From an uncultured delta proteobacterium (GTDB lineage Bacteria > Desulfobacterota > Syntrophia > Syntrophales > UBA5619): a DNA stretch of 64,000 bases. The stretch is from positions 64,001-128,000 of the forward strand of contig CAWFOM010000005.1 in NCBI GenBank assembly GCA_963817385.1, given 5' to 3'. Under the pieces are notes generated by a model. The model made no database searches. It was not told the DNA's origin and worked only from the letters and a program-made list of their open reading frames with translations. Position 1 is the first letter of the stretch, and every line of letters begins with the position of its first letter. Below are positions 20,849 through 32,027 of the stretch, in pieces. The position numbers were made by a program, and so were the translations under genes.

Positions 20849-21781
20849 TCAGTCGTTGAATACCCGTAATATCCTGACCGCCTGTTTCATACCCTCCCCT
20901 GAAGCCAGATCGTCCGACGCACAGAGCATCCGGGCGACGGCCACCAAGTGTTTTTCTTCGAGGACAAACTTTACCACATCTCCCGCGGCAAGAAAAGGAA
21001 TATGATAACCGGCCAGGATCTCCTTCTCCGGCTGATATCCGTTCCGCAATCTTTTCGCCAGGGGCGGATCCACCGCAATAACAGCCAGCCCGGGCAGGAT
21101 CTCCGCCATCGGCACCAGATGCGCCGTGAAGAGTTCCCGCTTCCCCTCCTCCGTCATTCCTTCCGTCGCAAGAGCCGTCTCTTCGCCGAAGCACCCGCTG
21201 CGCGTCCGGCGCAGGGCGGACATGCACCCGCCGCACCCGAACTGCTCCCCCACTTCCGCACAGAGGGACCGGATGTAGGTGCCCTTGGAGCAGGAGAGGG
21301 TAAAGGTAACTTCAGGCAAATGCATCTCGTCGATCCGGATGCTGTATATCTCCACATCCCGCGGAAGCTGTTCAACCGCGATCCCCCGGCGCGTCCAGTC
21401 GTAAAGAGGTCTCCCCTTGAACTTTACCGCCGAATACAGGGGAGGCAACTGCTCGCGCCTTCCCGTCAGGCTCCTGAGGGCCTCCTCCACCTGCTTGCCG
21501 GTCACGTGGGGTTCATCCCGGGTAATGACACGGCCCTCCGCATCGAGAGTGTCGGTCCGCACCCCTAAGAGAAGGGTGGCACGGTACTCCTTGGTGTCGA
21601 GCGCGAGGAACTGCACCAGCTTCGTCGCCTCGCCCACGCAGACCGGAAGGACGCCGGTCGCCAGCGGATCCAGGGTCCCCGTGTGACCCGCCTTTCCGAT
21701 TCCGAGCGCCCGCTTGACCTCCTCCACGACATCACGGGACGTCCGGCCCGACGGCTTGTCAACGACAACGACCCCGTTCAT
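20849..21781 (-). CDS. truB: tRNA pseudouridine(55) synthase
   Basis: DKPSG, KAGHTGTLDPLATGVL, CSKGTYIRSL. Confidence 0.96.
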   Translation of the reverse strand: MNGVVVVDKPSGRTSRDVVEEVKRALGIGKAGHTGTLDPLATGVLPVCVGEATKLVQFLALDTKEYRATLLLGVRTDTLDAEGRVITRDEPHVTGKQVEEALRSLTGRREQLPPLYSAVKFKGRPLYDWTRRGIAVEQLPRDVEIYSIRIDEMHLPEVTFTLSCSKGTYIRSLCAEVGEQFGCGGCMSALRRTRSGCFGEETALATEGMTEEGKRELFTAHLVPMAEILPGLAVIAVDPPLAKRLRNGYQPEKEILAGYHIPFLAAGDVVKFVLEEKHLVAVARMLCASDDLASGEGMKQAVRILRVFND

Positions 21782-22737
21782 GACTCCACGGACGCCCTGA
21801 TCGCTTCGAGGACCCGCCGGTGGATATCGGCCAGATCTCCCTCGATCCTACAGGCGGCCGCGTTGATATGTCCGCCCCCTCCGAAGGTGCGGGCTACGCG
21901 TTCCACGTTGACGTTCCCCTTGGAACGCATGCTCAGTTTGAATCGCCCACCCGCGAGCTCCGAATAAAGAATGGAAATCGTGACGCCCCGGATGCTCCGG
22001 GGAAGGTCGACAAAGCCTTCCGTATGCTCCGGTAATGCCCCGGCAGCGGCAATCGCCTGCTCGGTCACGGTGAGCGATCCGACGCTTCCTCCCTCGTCGA
22101 TGGTCAGTGTCGGAAGGACAGCCGCGAGCAAGCGGATCTTGGCCGGCGAATTTGTCTCATAGACATTTTCCGATATCCACTGCGGGTCTGCGCCGTCGGC
22201 CACCAGACCCGCCGCGGCAAGGAGGGCTCCCCGGCTGGTGTTCCCGTAACGAAATCCCCCCGTATCGGTCAGGATGGCCGTATAGAGGCTGGTCGCCATC
22301 TCCCGGCTCACCGCCAGGCCCATGTGCGATATGAGCCGGCAGATCAATTCCCCCGTGGAGCTTGCCAGCGGATCGATTAGTGCGGTATCGCAGAAGCCCC
22401 CATTGGAGACGTGGTGATCGATGTTGATCATGTGGGGGACCGAAGCGATCCGCGCGGACTGACTTCCGACACGCTCCAGTTCGCTGCAATCGAGAACAAA
22501 TGCGACTTCACAGGATTCAAGGGGGGGCAGCTCATGGACGATCCGGTCGCTTGCGGGGAGAAATTGGTAATTCTCCGGCGTTCCATCCTGATTGTAGACG
22601 GTCGCCATCTTTCCCATCCGCACGAGCATATGATAAAGGGCCAGCTCCGAACCGAGGGCATCCCCGTCGAGCCGCTCGTGGGCCGTGATCAGAAAGATCC
22701 GGTGTCGGCCGATCAGGTCGCTAATCCGCTGGAGCAT
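21778..22737 (-). CDS. nrnA: DHH/DHHA1 oligoribonuclease / pAp phosphatase
   Basis: H..DGDALGS, NIDHH, TDTGGF, SMRS, FGGGGHINAAA. Confidence 0.88.
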   Translation of the reverse strand: MLQRISDLIGRHRIFLITAHERLDGDALGSELALYHMLVRMGKMATVYNQDGTPENYQFLPASDRIVHELPPLESCEVAFVLDCSELERVGSQSARIASVPHMINIDHHVSNGGFCDTALIDPLASSTGELICRLISHMGLAVSREMATSLYTAILTDTGGFRYGNTSRGALLAAAGLVADGADPQWISENVYETNSPAKIRLLAAVLPTLTIDEGGSVGSLTVTEQAIAAAGALPEHTEGFVDLPRSIRGVTISILYSELAGGRFKLSMRSKGNVNVERVARTFGGGGHINAAACRIEGDLADIHRRVLEAIRASVES

Positions 22738-23092
22738 TCGTTTCCTCTTCCCGGTGAATCTCGATAAGCAGGGTGTCGATGCGGCTGCCATACGCAAAGG
22801 AGGGATCATAGGTAAAGATGATCTCGGGCACATGGCGGAGCTGGAGTCTGCGGCTCAGTTCCCGCCTCAGGAAACCCGCCGCTTTCCGGAGACCGGCCTG
22901 AACCTCCTCGCTGCATGCGTCCTTGCCCAATTCAACAAAAAAGACCCTCGCCGTCCGCAGATCATCGGTGACCTTCACCCCGGTAATCGTCACAGAACCG
23001 ACCCGCGGATCCCTGACTTGCTTGAGCAGGAGATCGGCGATTTCCATCTTGAGGAGATCCGCAACACGGTCCGCTCTCTTGAAACTACTCAT
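22721..23092 (-). CDS. rbfA: Ribosome-binding factor A
   Basis: RADRVADL...DPRVG.VTIT.V.VT.DL...LRHVPEIIF.YD. Confidence 0.95.
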   Translation of the reverse strand: MSSFKRADRVADLLKMEIADLLLKQVRDPRVGSVTITGVKVTDDLRTARVFFVELGKDACSEEVQAGLRKAAGFLRRELSRRLQLRHVPEIIFTYDPSFAYGSRIDTLLIEIHREEETNAPAD

Positions 23093-23125
23093 ACCGCTTC
23101 CATGAACAATTCGTAACACAAACCA

Positions 23126-23458
23126 TCACTCATATTTGCCTTCTTCTATATCATCTACATCCATCAAATCGTCAAAGCTCACAATCTCGATCCGGCTCCG
23201 GAGGATCTCCGCAAGCCCGAGCCGATCGATGAATCTCAGGATGTGATCCATCTTGGCATTGATATACTGCTTGTCGTTTCCCACGACACTGAAGCCGACT
23301 CTGGCCCGTCTCCAGAGGTCATTGTCGCCCACCTCCGCAATGGAGACGTTGAATTCATTCTGCGTCCGCCGGATGATCCGGCTCAAAACGCTGCGTTTCT
23401 CCTTCAGCGACCCGCTTTCGGGAATCAGGAGATTGACGAGGCCCGTTCCGACAACCAT
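23126..23458 (-). CDS. DUF503 (YlxP-like) protein
   Basis: MVVG....L.IP...SLKEKRSV...FNVSIAEV..ND.W; position between infB and rbfA. Confidence 0.88.
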   Translation of the reverse strand: MVVGTGLVNLLIPESGSLKEKRSVLSRIIRRTQNEFNVSIAEVGDNDLWRRARVGFSVVGNDKQYINAKMDHILRFIDRLGLAEILRSRIEIVSFDDLMDVDDIEEGKYE

Positions 23459-23468
23459 GGCATGCTAT

Positions 23469-26174
23469 TTACAGTTTCCGTTCGATCTGTTCCTTCACGT
23501 ACACCTCGATGACATCCCCCGCATGGATGTCGTTGAAACCCTCGATACCGATGCCGCACTCGAATCCGGCGGCCACCTCTTTCGCATCGTCCTTGAACCG
23601 CCTCAGGGAGGCGATCCGGCCTTCATAGACGACAACGCCGTCCCGAAGCAGCCTCAGAGACGCGCTCCGGGTGATCTTGCCGTCCGTCACATAACTCCCG
23701 GCAATGGCCCCCACCTTGGGAACGCGGAAAATCTCCCGGACCTCGGCGCGACCCTGGACTACCTCCTTGTAGATGGGCTCCAGGAGGCCCTCCATGGCGG
23801 CTCGTACATCGGCAATGACGTTGTAGATGATGTCGTAGAGCTTGATGTCCACCCCTTCCTGCTCGGCCACTTCCACCACGCGTGCATCCGGCCGGACATT
23901 GAACCCGATGATGACGGCGTTCGAGGCCGAAGCGAGCATGACGTCGGTTTCGGTGATGGTTCCGGTTGAGCTGTGGATGATCTTGAGTTTGATGTCATCG
24001 GTGGAGAGCTTGTTCAGGGCGTCGATCAGGGCCTCGATGGACCCCTGCACGTCAGCCTTGATGATGACGTTGAGTTCCTTGACCCCCTCTTTCATCTTCT
24101 GATAGAGTTGTTCAAGGGTGATCTTCGAGGTCGCGGAAAGCTCTCGCTCCCGTTCCTTTCTGATCCAGTATTCGCCGATGCCCCGGGCCTTCTTCTCATC
24201 CTCGACGCAGATAAATTCCGTGCTTACCTGCGGGACGCGGGAGAACCCGATCACCTCAACCGGCATGGAGGGGCCGGCCTCGCTGATCCGCCGCCCCTGG
24301 TCATTGATCATCGCCCGGACCCTGCCGAATTCCGTCTTGGAAACAAAGGCGTCCCCCTCCCGGAGAGTGCCCTCCTGAATCAGGACGGTCGCTACCGGAC
24401 CGCGGCCCCGATCCAGCTTCGCCTCGATGATCACCCCGCGGGCGGGCAGGCTGGGATCGGCCTTGAGCTCCATGACATCGGCCTGCAGGAGAATCATTTC
24501 CAACATCTCCCCGATCCCGATCTTCTTTTTCGCCGAGACCTCGCAGAAGATGGTCTCGCCACCCCATTCCTCGGACAGGAGGTTGTATTCGGTAAGGGCC
24601 TGCCGGATCTTCCCCGGATCGGCGCCGGGCTTGTCGATCTTGTTGATGGCTACGATGATGGGCACGCCGGCCACCCGCGCATGGTTGATCGCCTCCACCG
24701 TCTGCCCCATGACGCCGTCATCGGCGGCCACGACCAGGACCACGATGTCGGTCACCTTCGCCCCCCTGGCCCTCATGGCCGTGAAGGCCTCGTGACCCGG
24801 CGTATCGAGAAAGACGATATCCCTGCCTTTGATCTGCACATGGTAGGCGCCGATAGCCTGCGTAATCCCGCCCGCCTCGCCGTCGATCACATGGGTCTCG
24901 CGGATGGCATCGAGAAGGGATGTCTTTCCATGATCAACGTGCCCCATGATGGTCACAACCGGCGCCCTCGGCTTCAGGTTTTCCGGAGAGGGTTCGACCT
25001 TCGGGAGCGTTTCGTCCAATTCGTTCAGGGCAGGTTCCACCTGGTAGCCGAAATCGGTGGCGATGAGCGTCGCGGTATCGAAATCGATCGCCTGGTTGAT
25101 GGTCACCATCAGACCCATTGCAATGAGCTTATTGATTACCTCCCCGGCCTTGGTGCCCATCCTCTTGGCCAGTTCCCCGACCGTGATCGCTTCGGCGACC
25201 CTGATCCGTCTCTTGATCGCCTTCGGTGTGGTGATCTCGGTCTTTTTCATCTTGACCGGCGCGGCCTTCTTCTCTTCACGCCACTTGGAGGGCCTTTCCT
25301 CGCCGCGTTCCACCTCGATCCGCTTGCCCTTGCGGTCCAGCTTCTGGATCAGGGCCTTCTTGCGGGGCGCCACGGTTTCGCCCATAAGGACCTCGACGGG
25401 GGGTTTCCCTCCCTTTTTCTTCGGCTTCTCCGCTTCCGGTCTGCCGGTCTTTTCCGCCCGGGAGGGCATCTCGACATCCTTGACGATTTTCAGATCCGGC
25501 CTCCCGGTAAATGCTTTTCTCGGGAACGGCGGCGGCGAGGCCTGCTTCGGCGCCTCGGGCGACGCATGCGGTCTCCTCTGACCCTCCGCCTGGGAGGGCT
25601 TGATTTCCCGGTGTTCCGGAGGCCGGACGAGCGGTTTCTTCTCGGTAGCCGGCCCCTTCTGAACGGTCTCCGGAAGCGGCTTCTTCTCCGGTTCCGCTTT
25701 CCGCTCTGCGGTCGGTACTTCCGGCTTTACCGTATCGTCCTTCGTCGCCGGTTCTACCGGTTTTGTTGGTTGGGGAGCAGCTGCGACGGCAGGCCTATCC
25801 CGATAGATAGAGGTTCTCACGGGGGCTTCCTGGGGAACGGGCTCAGGGGCCGCTTCCTTCCGGACGACCTCGGCAAGCGGAGCTGCCGCGACCGGGGACT
25901 CTTCCTGAGGCGCCTTGGCGGTTTCTTCCGGTTTCGTCTCCTCGGTAGGGAGACGGACCGCCCTTCTCCGGATTACCGTGGATTTGATTCTCTGTTCAAC
26001 CATCTCTCGGGGTTCGGGAGAGAGAAGTTCCGACTGAATCCTCTCCAGATCACTATCCTCGAGCGTGCTCGAATGCGATCGTACTGCGATGCCGATTTTT
26101 TCCAATCGAGAGATCAGTTCCTTATTTTCCAGCCCCAAATCCTTGGCCAGTTCGTATACTCGTTTTTTCGACAT
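23469..26174 (-). CDS. infB: Translation initiation factor IF-2
   Basis: [44 protein letters not shown]. Confidence 0.98.
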   Translation of the reverse strand: MSKKRVYELAKDLGLENKELISRLEKIGIAVRSHSSTLEDSDLERIQSELLSPEPREMVEQRIKSTVIRRRAVRLPTEETKPEETAKAPQEESPVAAAPLAEVVRKEAAPEPVPQEAPVRTSIYRDRPAVAAAPQPTKPVEPATKDDTVKPEVPTAERKAEPEKKPLPETVQKGPATEKKPLVRPPEHREIKPSQAEGQRRPHASPEAPKQASPPPFPRKAFTGRPDLKIVKDVEMPSRAEKTGRPEAEKPKKKGGKPPVEVLMGETVAPRKKALIQKLDRKGKRIEVERGEERPSKWREEKKAAPVKMKKTEITTPKAIKRRIRVAEAITVGELAKRMGTKAGEVINKLIAMGLMVTINQAIDFDTATLIATDFGYQVEPALNELDETLPKVEPSPENLKPRAPVVTIMGHVDHGKTSLLDAIRETHVIDGEAGGITQAIGAYHVQIKGRDIVFLDTPGHEAFTAMRARGAKVTDIVVLVVAADDGVMGQTVEAINHARVAGVPIIVAINKIDKPGADPGKIRQALTEYNLLSEEWGGETIFCEVSAKKKIGIGEMLEMILLQADVMELKADPSLPARGVIIEAKLDRGRGPVATVLIQEGTLREGDAFVSKTEFGRVRAMINDQGRRISEAGPSMPVEVIGFSRVPQVSTEFICVEDEKKARGIGEYWIRKERERELSATSKITLEQLYQKMKEGVKELNVIIKADVQGSIEALIDALNKLSTDDIKLKIIHSSTGTITETDVMLASASNAVIIGFNVRPDARVVEVAEQEGVDIKLYDIIYNVIADVRAAMEGLLEPIYKEVVQGRAEVREIFRVPKVGAIAGSYVTDGKITRSASLRLLRDGVVVYEGRIASLRRFKDDAKEVAAGFECGIGIEGFNDIHAGDVIEVYVKEQIERKL

Positions 26175-26216
26175 GCCGAAAACTCTCCCCTACCGTGATA
26201 GTTGCACTGGGATATC

Positions 26217-27485
26217 CTAAGCGGGAACACCCTTTTCCTCGGCCACCTGCTCATCGACGATCTTTCCCGCCTCCGCGATCCACATCGCGGCGGTCTTCTC
26301 GCCCACTCCCGGGATGATCGCCAACTGCTCCGAATCGGCTGCGGCAAGCATGGCCAGGCTCTTGAGCCCCGCCTTGAACAGTCGATCCGCCGTGGCTTCG
26401 CCGATACCAGGGATCTTCATAAGATCCTTATGGCCGTCTTCCGCCTTCGCGGCCGCCGTCGACTCGCTCTTGACATCAATCTTCCAGCCGGTCAGTTTCA
26501 CGGCGAGTCTGACGTTCTGCCCGTTCTTTCCGATGGCCAGGGAGAGCTGATCGTCGGGCACGATCACCTCCATCGCCCGGTTCTCATCATCAACCAAAAC
26601 CCGGTTCACCTTGGCCGGGGAGAGCGCGCTGCAGACGTATTTGGCCTGATCCTCGGAATAGGGGACAATATCGATCTTCTCCCCCCGAAGCTCCTGGACC
26701 ACGCTCTGAACACGGGCGCCCCGCATGCCGACGCAGGCGCCCACCGGATCGATGTCCTTGTCCCGCGTCTTGACGGAGATCTTCGATCTTTTTCCCGCTT
26801 CCCGCGACACGTTGACAATCTCGATCAGCCCCTCGGATATCTCGGGGACCTCCACCTCGAAGAGGGCCTTGAGAAAACCGGGATGGGTCCGCGAGAGGAT
26901 GATCTGGGGCCCCTTCGTGATCTTCTTGACCTCGCAGATGAAGGCCCTGATCCTCTCTCCCCGCTTATAGGACTCCTTGAAGATCTGTTCGGAAATGGGG
27001 ATGATCCCTTCGGCACGGCCCAGGTTCACGATAATGTTGCCGCCCTCGAACCGCTGTACGAAGCCGTTGGCCAACTCCCCCTTCTTGACGTGGTACTCCT
27101 CGTAGATGTTATCCCGCTCCGCATCCTTCACACGCTGGATGATGATCTGCTTTGCCGTCTGCACGGCGATCCGCCCGAAGGTGCTCGTTTCGATCTTGAT
27201 GCCGAGGCTGTCACCCGGCTGCGCCTCCTCGTCGAGGGTGCGCCTCGCCTCCACTACGGAGATATGGAGATCGGGGTCGAGAACCTTCTCCATCACCGTC
27301 TTGAACTGGAAGACCTCAATCTCGCCGGCTTCTTCATTGTAATGGGCCTCCAGCTCGACGTCGGGTCCCAGCTTCTTGCGGGCCGCCGTCAGCATGGCAT
27401 CCTCCAGGGCCTTGACGATAATCTCCCTGTCTATTCCGCGATCCTTGCCCATCTGTTCGATCAGGCGTTTCAGTTCGGGAAACAT
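26217..27485 (-). CDS. nusA: Transcription elongation factor NusA (C-terminal HhH repeats)
   Basis: FGRIAVQTAKQ, EVPEI, DPVGACVG.RG.RV, LSLAIGK.GQNVRLA.KLTGW.ID. Confidence 0.97.
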   Translation of the reverse strand: MFPELKRLIEQMGKDRGIDREIIVKALEDAMLTAARKKLGPDVELEAHYNEEAGEIEVFQFKTVMEKVLDPDLHISVVEARRTLDEEAQPGDSLGIKIETSTFGRIAVQTAKQIIIQRVKDAERDNIYEEYHVKKGELANGFVQRFEGGNIIVNLGRAEGIIPISEQIFKESYKRGERIRAFICEVKKITKGPQIILSRTHPGFLKALFEVEVPEISEGLIEIVNVSREAGKRSKISVKTRDKDIDPVGACVGMRGARVQSVVQELRGEKIDIVPYSEDQAKYVCSALSPAKVNRVLVDDENRAMEVIVPDDQLSLAIGKNGQNVRLAVKLTGWKIDVKSESTAAAKAEDGHKDLMKIPGIGEATADRLFKAGLKSLAMLAAADSEQLAIIPGVGEKTAAMWIAEAGKIVDEQVAEEKGVPA

Positions 27486-27531
27486 GTAAAAACCTCCGTT
27501 ATCATTCGATGGGGATACTCCCCCGTCAAAA

Positions 27532-28011
27532 CTAAATCTGTTCCCTGTCATACTCTAAATTGGCCTTCACCACCGCCTCCCGGGGAATCCGGAAGGTCTT
27601 GCCATCGACATTCACGACGAGGACCTTCCCGCCGTCAGCATCCTCATAATCGATCAGCTCCCCGCGAAAATGGCGCCGTCCTTCGATCTTGCCCTCCAGG
27701 CGGAGGTTGATCCGCGCACCCCGATACTTCAGAAAATCCTTGTCGCGGTGGAGCGGCCGATCCAGACCCGGCGAGGAGACCTCCAGGGTGTAGGGGCCGG
27801 GAGGCACGTCGTGAACGTCAAGCAGGTCGCCGAGCTGGTTGCTGATGAGCGCGCAGTCATCCAGGGTCACCCCTCCCTCGTGACGATCCATGTAGATCCG
27901 CACCAACCAGCGCGCCTTCATCTTCAGGCATTCCACCTGAACCAACTCCATCCCCGCCGAAGCGAGGATCGATTCGGCCAGCTGCCAGATCTGCTCTTCA
28001 TGGGGCTGCAT
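27532..28011 (-). CDS. rimP: Ribosome maturation factor RimP
   Basis: GVTLDDC..IS, YTLEVSSPGLDRPL. Confidence 0.95.
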   Translation of the reverse strand: MQPHEEQIWQLAESILASAGMELVQVECLKMKARWLVRIYMDRHEGGVTLDDCALISNQLGDLLDVHDVPPGPYTLEVSSPGLDRPLHRDKDFLKYRGARINLRLEGKIEGRRHFRGELIDYEDADGGKVLVVNVDGKTFRIPREAVVKANLEYDREQI

Positions 28012-28031
28012 GGAATCATCCCCTCCTCAAG

Positions 28032-28057
28032 AAAAAAAAAGTGGGCTTAAGCCCACT
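28032..28057 (-). promoter_or_regulatory. rimP leader terminator-like hairpin
   Basis: Perfect palindrome AGTGGGCTTAAGCCCACT followed by a U-tract, just upstream of the rimP RBS. Confidence 0.7.
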
Positions 28058-28326
28058 CATCAAAACCCGCCGATGATTTTCGCAGTCACTACCACAAAAA
28101 AAGACCGATTGCAAGGAAAAAAAGATGAGATTGTGACCGTTATTACCCGCCATGCCTGCCGGTAGGGAAAGACTTCCCTTCATCACGGGAATGGGTTCCA
28201 TAGCCGCCCGTCCATAACCAGCAGCGAAAAGTAAAACGCTTTTCCCCGCAAGATCATACCTCATGGGTTAGCGGATATGCTGAATGTCAGTAGTTCTTAA
28301 TTAACCTTGCAAGCAATTGAATTTAA

Positions 28327-28403
<77 letters not shown>

Positions 28404-28450
28404 TCGGCAAAACCGACAGCCCGTGATGCCCCCGTCGGAAATGGAGGCTC

Positions 28451-28478
28451 ATCTTAATCAACAAGGCTATTTTGTCAA
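28451..28478 (-). promoter_or_regulatory. Putative sigma70 promoter of tRNA-Gly
   Basis: TTGACA-16nt-TAAGAT on the minus strand. Confidence 0.6.
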
Positions 28479-29773
28479 GATCTTTTTGCGTTCAGCCGCA
28501 CAAGAACCGAGTTCCCGTGTCCGCCGAGCCCCTCGATCTCGGAAAAACGCGCCGTCTGGCTCCCGTACCGCTCAAGCGCCTCCCGCGAAAACGAGAGGAT
28601 GCTGGTCCGCTTGACAAAATCATAAACACCCAGAGGCGAAGCGAAGCGGGCCGTCCCTCCGGTCGGCAGGACATGATTGGGTCCCGCCAGGTAATCGCCG
28701 AGCGCCTCCGGCGTATACATCCCCAGAAAGACCGCCCCGGCATTCCGGATCCCGGAGAGGAGCTCTCGGGGGTTTTTCACCATGAGTTCGAGATGCTCCG
28801 GGGAAAAGCGGTTGGCCAGGCCGACCGCTTCCGGGAGATCCCGTGTCACTACCGCCGCCCCGAAGGCGGCCAGCGACCGGGAGACAATATCGCGCCGGCG
28901 GAGGCCCGAAAGCTGATTCTCGACCTCGGCGGCCACAGCCCGGGCAAATCCCTCGTCCGGCGTCAGAAGCAGAGCGCTCGCCATCTCGTCATGTTCGGCC
29001 TGGGCCAGGAGATCCGCGGCCGCAAAGGCGGCCTCCCCTGTCCCGTCCGCGATGATGACGACCTCGCTCGGACCGGCGATCATGTCGATCGCCACCCTGC
29101 CGAAGACCATCTTCTTGGCCGTCGCCACATAGGCGTTTCCCGGACCGACGATCTTGTCGACACGGGGGATCGAAGCCGTTCCGTAGGCCAGGGCTGCGAT
29201 CGCCTGGGCGCCGCCGACCTTGAAGATCCGATTCACCCCGCTCAATTCCGCGGCGGCGGCGATCACCGGCTGAAGCCGGCCGTCCCGGGAAGGCGTCACC
29301 AGGATGATCTCGCCGACGCCGGCGATCCGGGCCGGAATCGCCGTCATCAGGACGGTGGAGGGATAGGAGGCCAGTCCGCCCGGCGCATAGATGCCTACGC
29401 TTGCAAGCGGCAGGATCCTCTGGCCGAGTTCCACTCCCGTTTCGTCCGAAACCGACCACCCCTCCTGGCGCTGCCGCTCGTGGAACCTTTCTATCCGTTC
29501 CGCGGCCAAGCGGAGGATCGCCAGGTCTTCCGGGTCGACCCGCGCCGCTGCATCTTTTCTCTCCTCCGGGGAAGCCTCCACCGTGGTCGCAGTAACGGCA
29601 TGCCCATCCCACCGGGCGGTATAGGAAAAAAGGGCCTCGTCCCCGCGCAGGGCAACATCATCCACGATCCGTCCGACGACCGCCCAGAGTTCGGGATCAA
29701 ATGTCCGGCCCCGCTCCCTGATTCGCTGAAACTGCCCCTCGAATTCCGCGTCGTCCGTCCGTATAATGTTCAT
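28475..29773 (-). CDS. hisD: Histidinol dehydrogenase
   Basis: GIYAPGG, GGAQAIAALAYGT, KIVGPGN, IDMIAGPSE, AQAEHD, PEHLEL, GPNHVLPT. Confidence 0.97.
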   Translation of the reverse strand: MNIIRTDDAEFEGQFQRIRERGRTFDPELWAVVGRIVDDVALRGDEALFSYTARWDGHAVTATTVEASPEERKDAAARVDPEDLAILRLAAERIERFHERQRQEGWSVSDETGVELGQRILPLASVGIYAPGGLASYPSTVLMTAIPARIAGVGEIILVTPSRDGRLQPVIAAAAELSGVNRIFKVGGAQAIAALAYGTASIPRVDKIVGPGNAYVATAKKMVFGRVAIDMIAGPSEVVIIADGTGEAAFAAADLLAQAEHDEMASALLLTPDEGFARAVAAEVENQLSGLRRRDIVSRSLAAFGAAVVTRDLPEAVGLANRFSPEHLELMVKNPRELLSGIRNAGAVFLGMYTPEALGDYLAGPNHVLPTGGTARFASPLGVYDFVKRTSILSFSREALERYGSQTARFSEIEGLGGHGNSVLVRLNAKRS

Positions 29774-29841
29774 GGTCTCCCCTTATACCCCGTCCAAGAT
29801 CGGCAGCTTTGCCAATTTTTTCGTAATTCTCCCGGCCCAAG

Positions 29842-31092
29842 TTATCCCGGAATCCTCCGGATGTCAGCCCCCAGAACCGACAGTTTCTTCTCGATCTGCT
29901 GATAGCCCCGGTCGATGTGATAGACGCGGGAGAGGACCGTCATCCCCTCCGCCGCCAGCCCCGCCAGGATGAGGGAGGCCGATGCCCGGAGATCCGTCGC
30001 CATCACCGGTGCCCCGCGGAGCTTCGGAATCCCCCGGACGATGGCACTCTTCCCCTGAATGACAATATCCGCACCCATCCGCACCATTTCGCTGACATGC
30101 ATGAAGCGGTTCTCGAACACGGTCTCCGTGATGACGGCAAGGCCGTTTGCCACCGCCATCAGCGCCATGATCTGTGCCTGCAGATCCGTCGGAAATCCAG
30201 GATAGGGCAGGGTCTTCACATCAACGCTCCGCAAGGTTTTGGTGCTTCTCGCCCGAATGCCGTCCCCGGCCACGTCGATCATCATCCCGGCATCCCGCAG
30301 TTTGGCGATCAGCGCGTCGAGATGGAGGGGATCACCGCCGAGGATCCGGATATTCCCGCCGGTGATCCCGGCGGCGATCAGGAAGGTGCCGGCTTCGATC
30401 CTGTCCGGGATCACCGCCGCCTCCACGGGATGGAGACGTTCCACCCCCTCGATTACGATCGTGCCGCTCCCCGCCCCGCAGATCCTTGCTCCCATGCCGA
30501 TGAGCACCTCGGCCAGATTGACGACCTCCGGCTCGCGCGCCGCGTTCTTCAGGATGGTGGTACCCTTCGCCAGGGTCGCGGCCATCATGATGTTTTCCGT
30601 CCCCGTGACCGTGGAGATATCGAAATAGATCTCCGCCCCCCGAAGACGTGAGGCCTTCGCTTCGACATACCCGTCCTTCAGCGTCACCTCCGCCCCGAGT
30701 TCGCGGAGGGCCTTGATGTGGAGATTCACCGGTCGTGCCCCGATGGCGCAACCGCCAGGCAGGGAGACCCGCGCTTCCCCCATCCGCGCCACAAGCGGAC
30801 CCAGCACCAGGATCGAGGCCCGCATCGTCCGAACCAGGTCGTAGGCTGCCTCGCAATTAGTGATCCCGTCGGCGTTTATTCGCAGGGTTTCGTCTCCTTC
30901 CATCTCCACGCCGAGGCTTTTGAGGAGTTTCTTGATCGTCTTGATATCCATCAGATCGGGAATGTTGTGAAAGATATTTGCTCCTTTGACCAAAAGCGCC
31001 GACGCCAGGATCGGGAGAGCCGCGTTCTTGGCGCCGCTGACCTGGATCTCCCCTTCGAGCTTCTTCCCTCCGACGATCTCTATCTTGTCCAT
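29842..31092 (-). CDS. murA: UDP-N-acetylglucosamine 1-carboxyvinyltransferase
   Basis: [51 protein letters not shown]. Confidence 0.98.
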   Translation of the reverse strand: MDKIEIVGGKKLEGEIQVSGAKNAALPILASALLVKGANIFHNIPDLMDIKTIKKLLKSLGVEMEGDETLRINADGITNCEAAYDLVRTMRASILVLGPLVARMGEARVSLPGGCAIGARPVNLHIKALRELGAEVTLKDGYVEAKASRLRGAEIYFDISTVTGTENIMMAATLAKGTTILKNAAREPEVVNLAEVLIGMGARICGAGSGTIVIEGVERLHPVEAAVIPDRIEAGTFLIAAGITGGNIRILGGDPLHLDALIAKLRDAGMMIDVAGDGIRARSTKTLRSVDVKTLPYPGFPTDLQAQIMALMAVANGLAVITETVFENRFMHVSEMVRMGADIVIQGKSAIVRGIPKLRGAPVMATDLRASASLILAGLAAEGMTVLSRVYHIDRGYQQIEKKLSVLGADIRRIPG

Positions 31093-31095
31093 CGT

Positions 31096-31959
31096 TCAGT
31101 TCTCTTTTTTCTTTCTTCTGGCCGCCGCAACCCGCTCCACCCCGCCGTAGTCTTTCCGGAACCGGATCGTATCATAGAATCCCTCCTCCCGGAAGAGGGC
31201 CTCGACAAGTTCTTTCTGCCCCTCGCCTATCTCCAGGAATATCCGGCCGCCCTCCTTCAGATGATGTGCCCCTCCCCGGATGATCTTACGGTGAAAAGCC
31301 GTACCGTCCGGACCGGCGATGAGCGCCTGACGGGGTTCGAATTCACGAATGCCCGCCGGCAGTCGGGGATAGAGGTCATCGGGGATGTACGGCGGATTGG
31401 AGACGATGAGATCGAAGGCCCCGAAGGCGGATGCATAGAGATCCCCGTGCAAAAATTCTATGCGATCGGCAACGCCGTGGATGACGGCGTTACGGCTTGC
31501 CACCTCCAGCGCCTCTCGCGAGATCTCCGTCGCTACCACGCGGGCAGCGGGCATCTCCCGCGCCAGGGCTATGCCGATCGCACCGCTCCCCGTTCCGATA
31601 TCGATGATCCGCAGGTCGCCCGCCTCCCGGCCGCAACACTCCAGGATTGCTTCGATGAGGCATTCCGTCTCCGGCCTCGGGATGAGGACCGCGTGATTGA
31701 CATGAAATATGAGCGACCAGAACTCCTTTTCCCCGACGATGTAGGCGATCGGTTCGCCCCGGCGGCGCCTTTCGACCCACCGGGCAAACCCGGCGGCTTC
31801 CTCCTCCGTGAGGCTTCTTTCCGGATGCGTCAAGAGCTGCAGGCGATCGGTCTTCAGGAAACGCATGAGGAGGACTTCGGCGTCGAGCCGGGGGGAGGGA
31901 CTGCCGCACACGGTCAGGTCGCGGGTCGTCTGGAGGAGGATGGTCCGAATATCCGTCAT
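31096..31959 (-). CDS. prmC: Release factor glutamine methyltransferase
   Basis: VLIPRPETE, DIGTGSG, VSNPPYI; follows prfA. Confidence 0.95.
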   Translation of the reverse strand: MTDIRTILLQTTRDLTVCGSPSPRLDAEVLLMRFLKTDRLQLLTHPERSLTEEEAAGFARWVERRRRGEPIAYIVGEKEFWSLIFHVNHAVLIPRPETECLIEAILECCGREAGDLRIIDIGTGSGAIGIALAREMPAARVVATEISREALEVASRNAVIHGVADRIEFLHGDLYASAFGAFDLIVSNPPYIPDDLYPRLPAGIREFEPRQALIAGPDGTAFHRKIIRGGAHHLKEGGRIFLEIGEGQKELVEALFREEGFYDTIRFRKDYGGVERVAAARRKKKEN

Positions 31960-32027
31960 GTCAGTAATTCCTCCTTAATTCCGCGCTCGTTCCGGAATGC
32001 CAGCCGGGACAAGAGGATCACGTCGCT

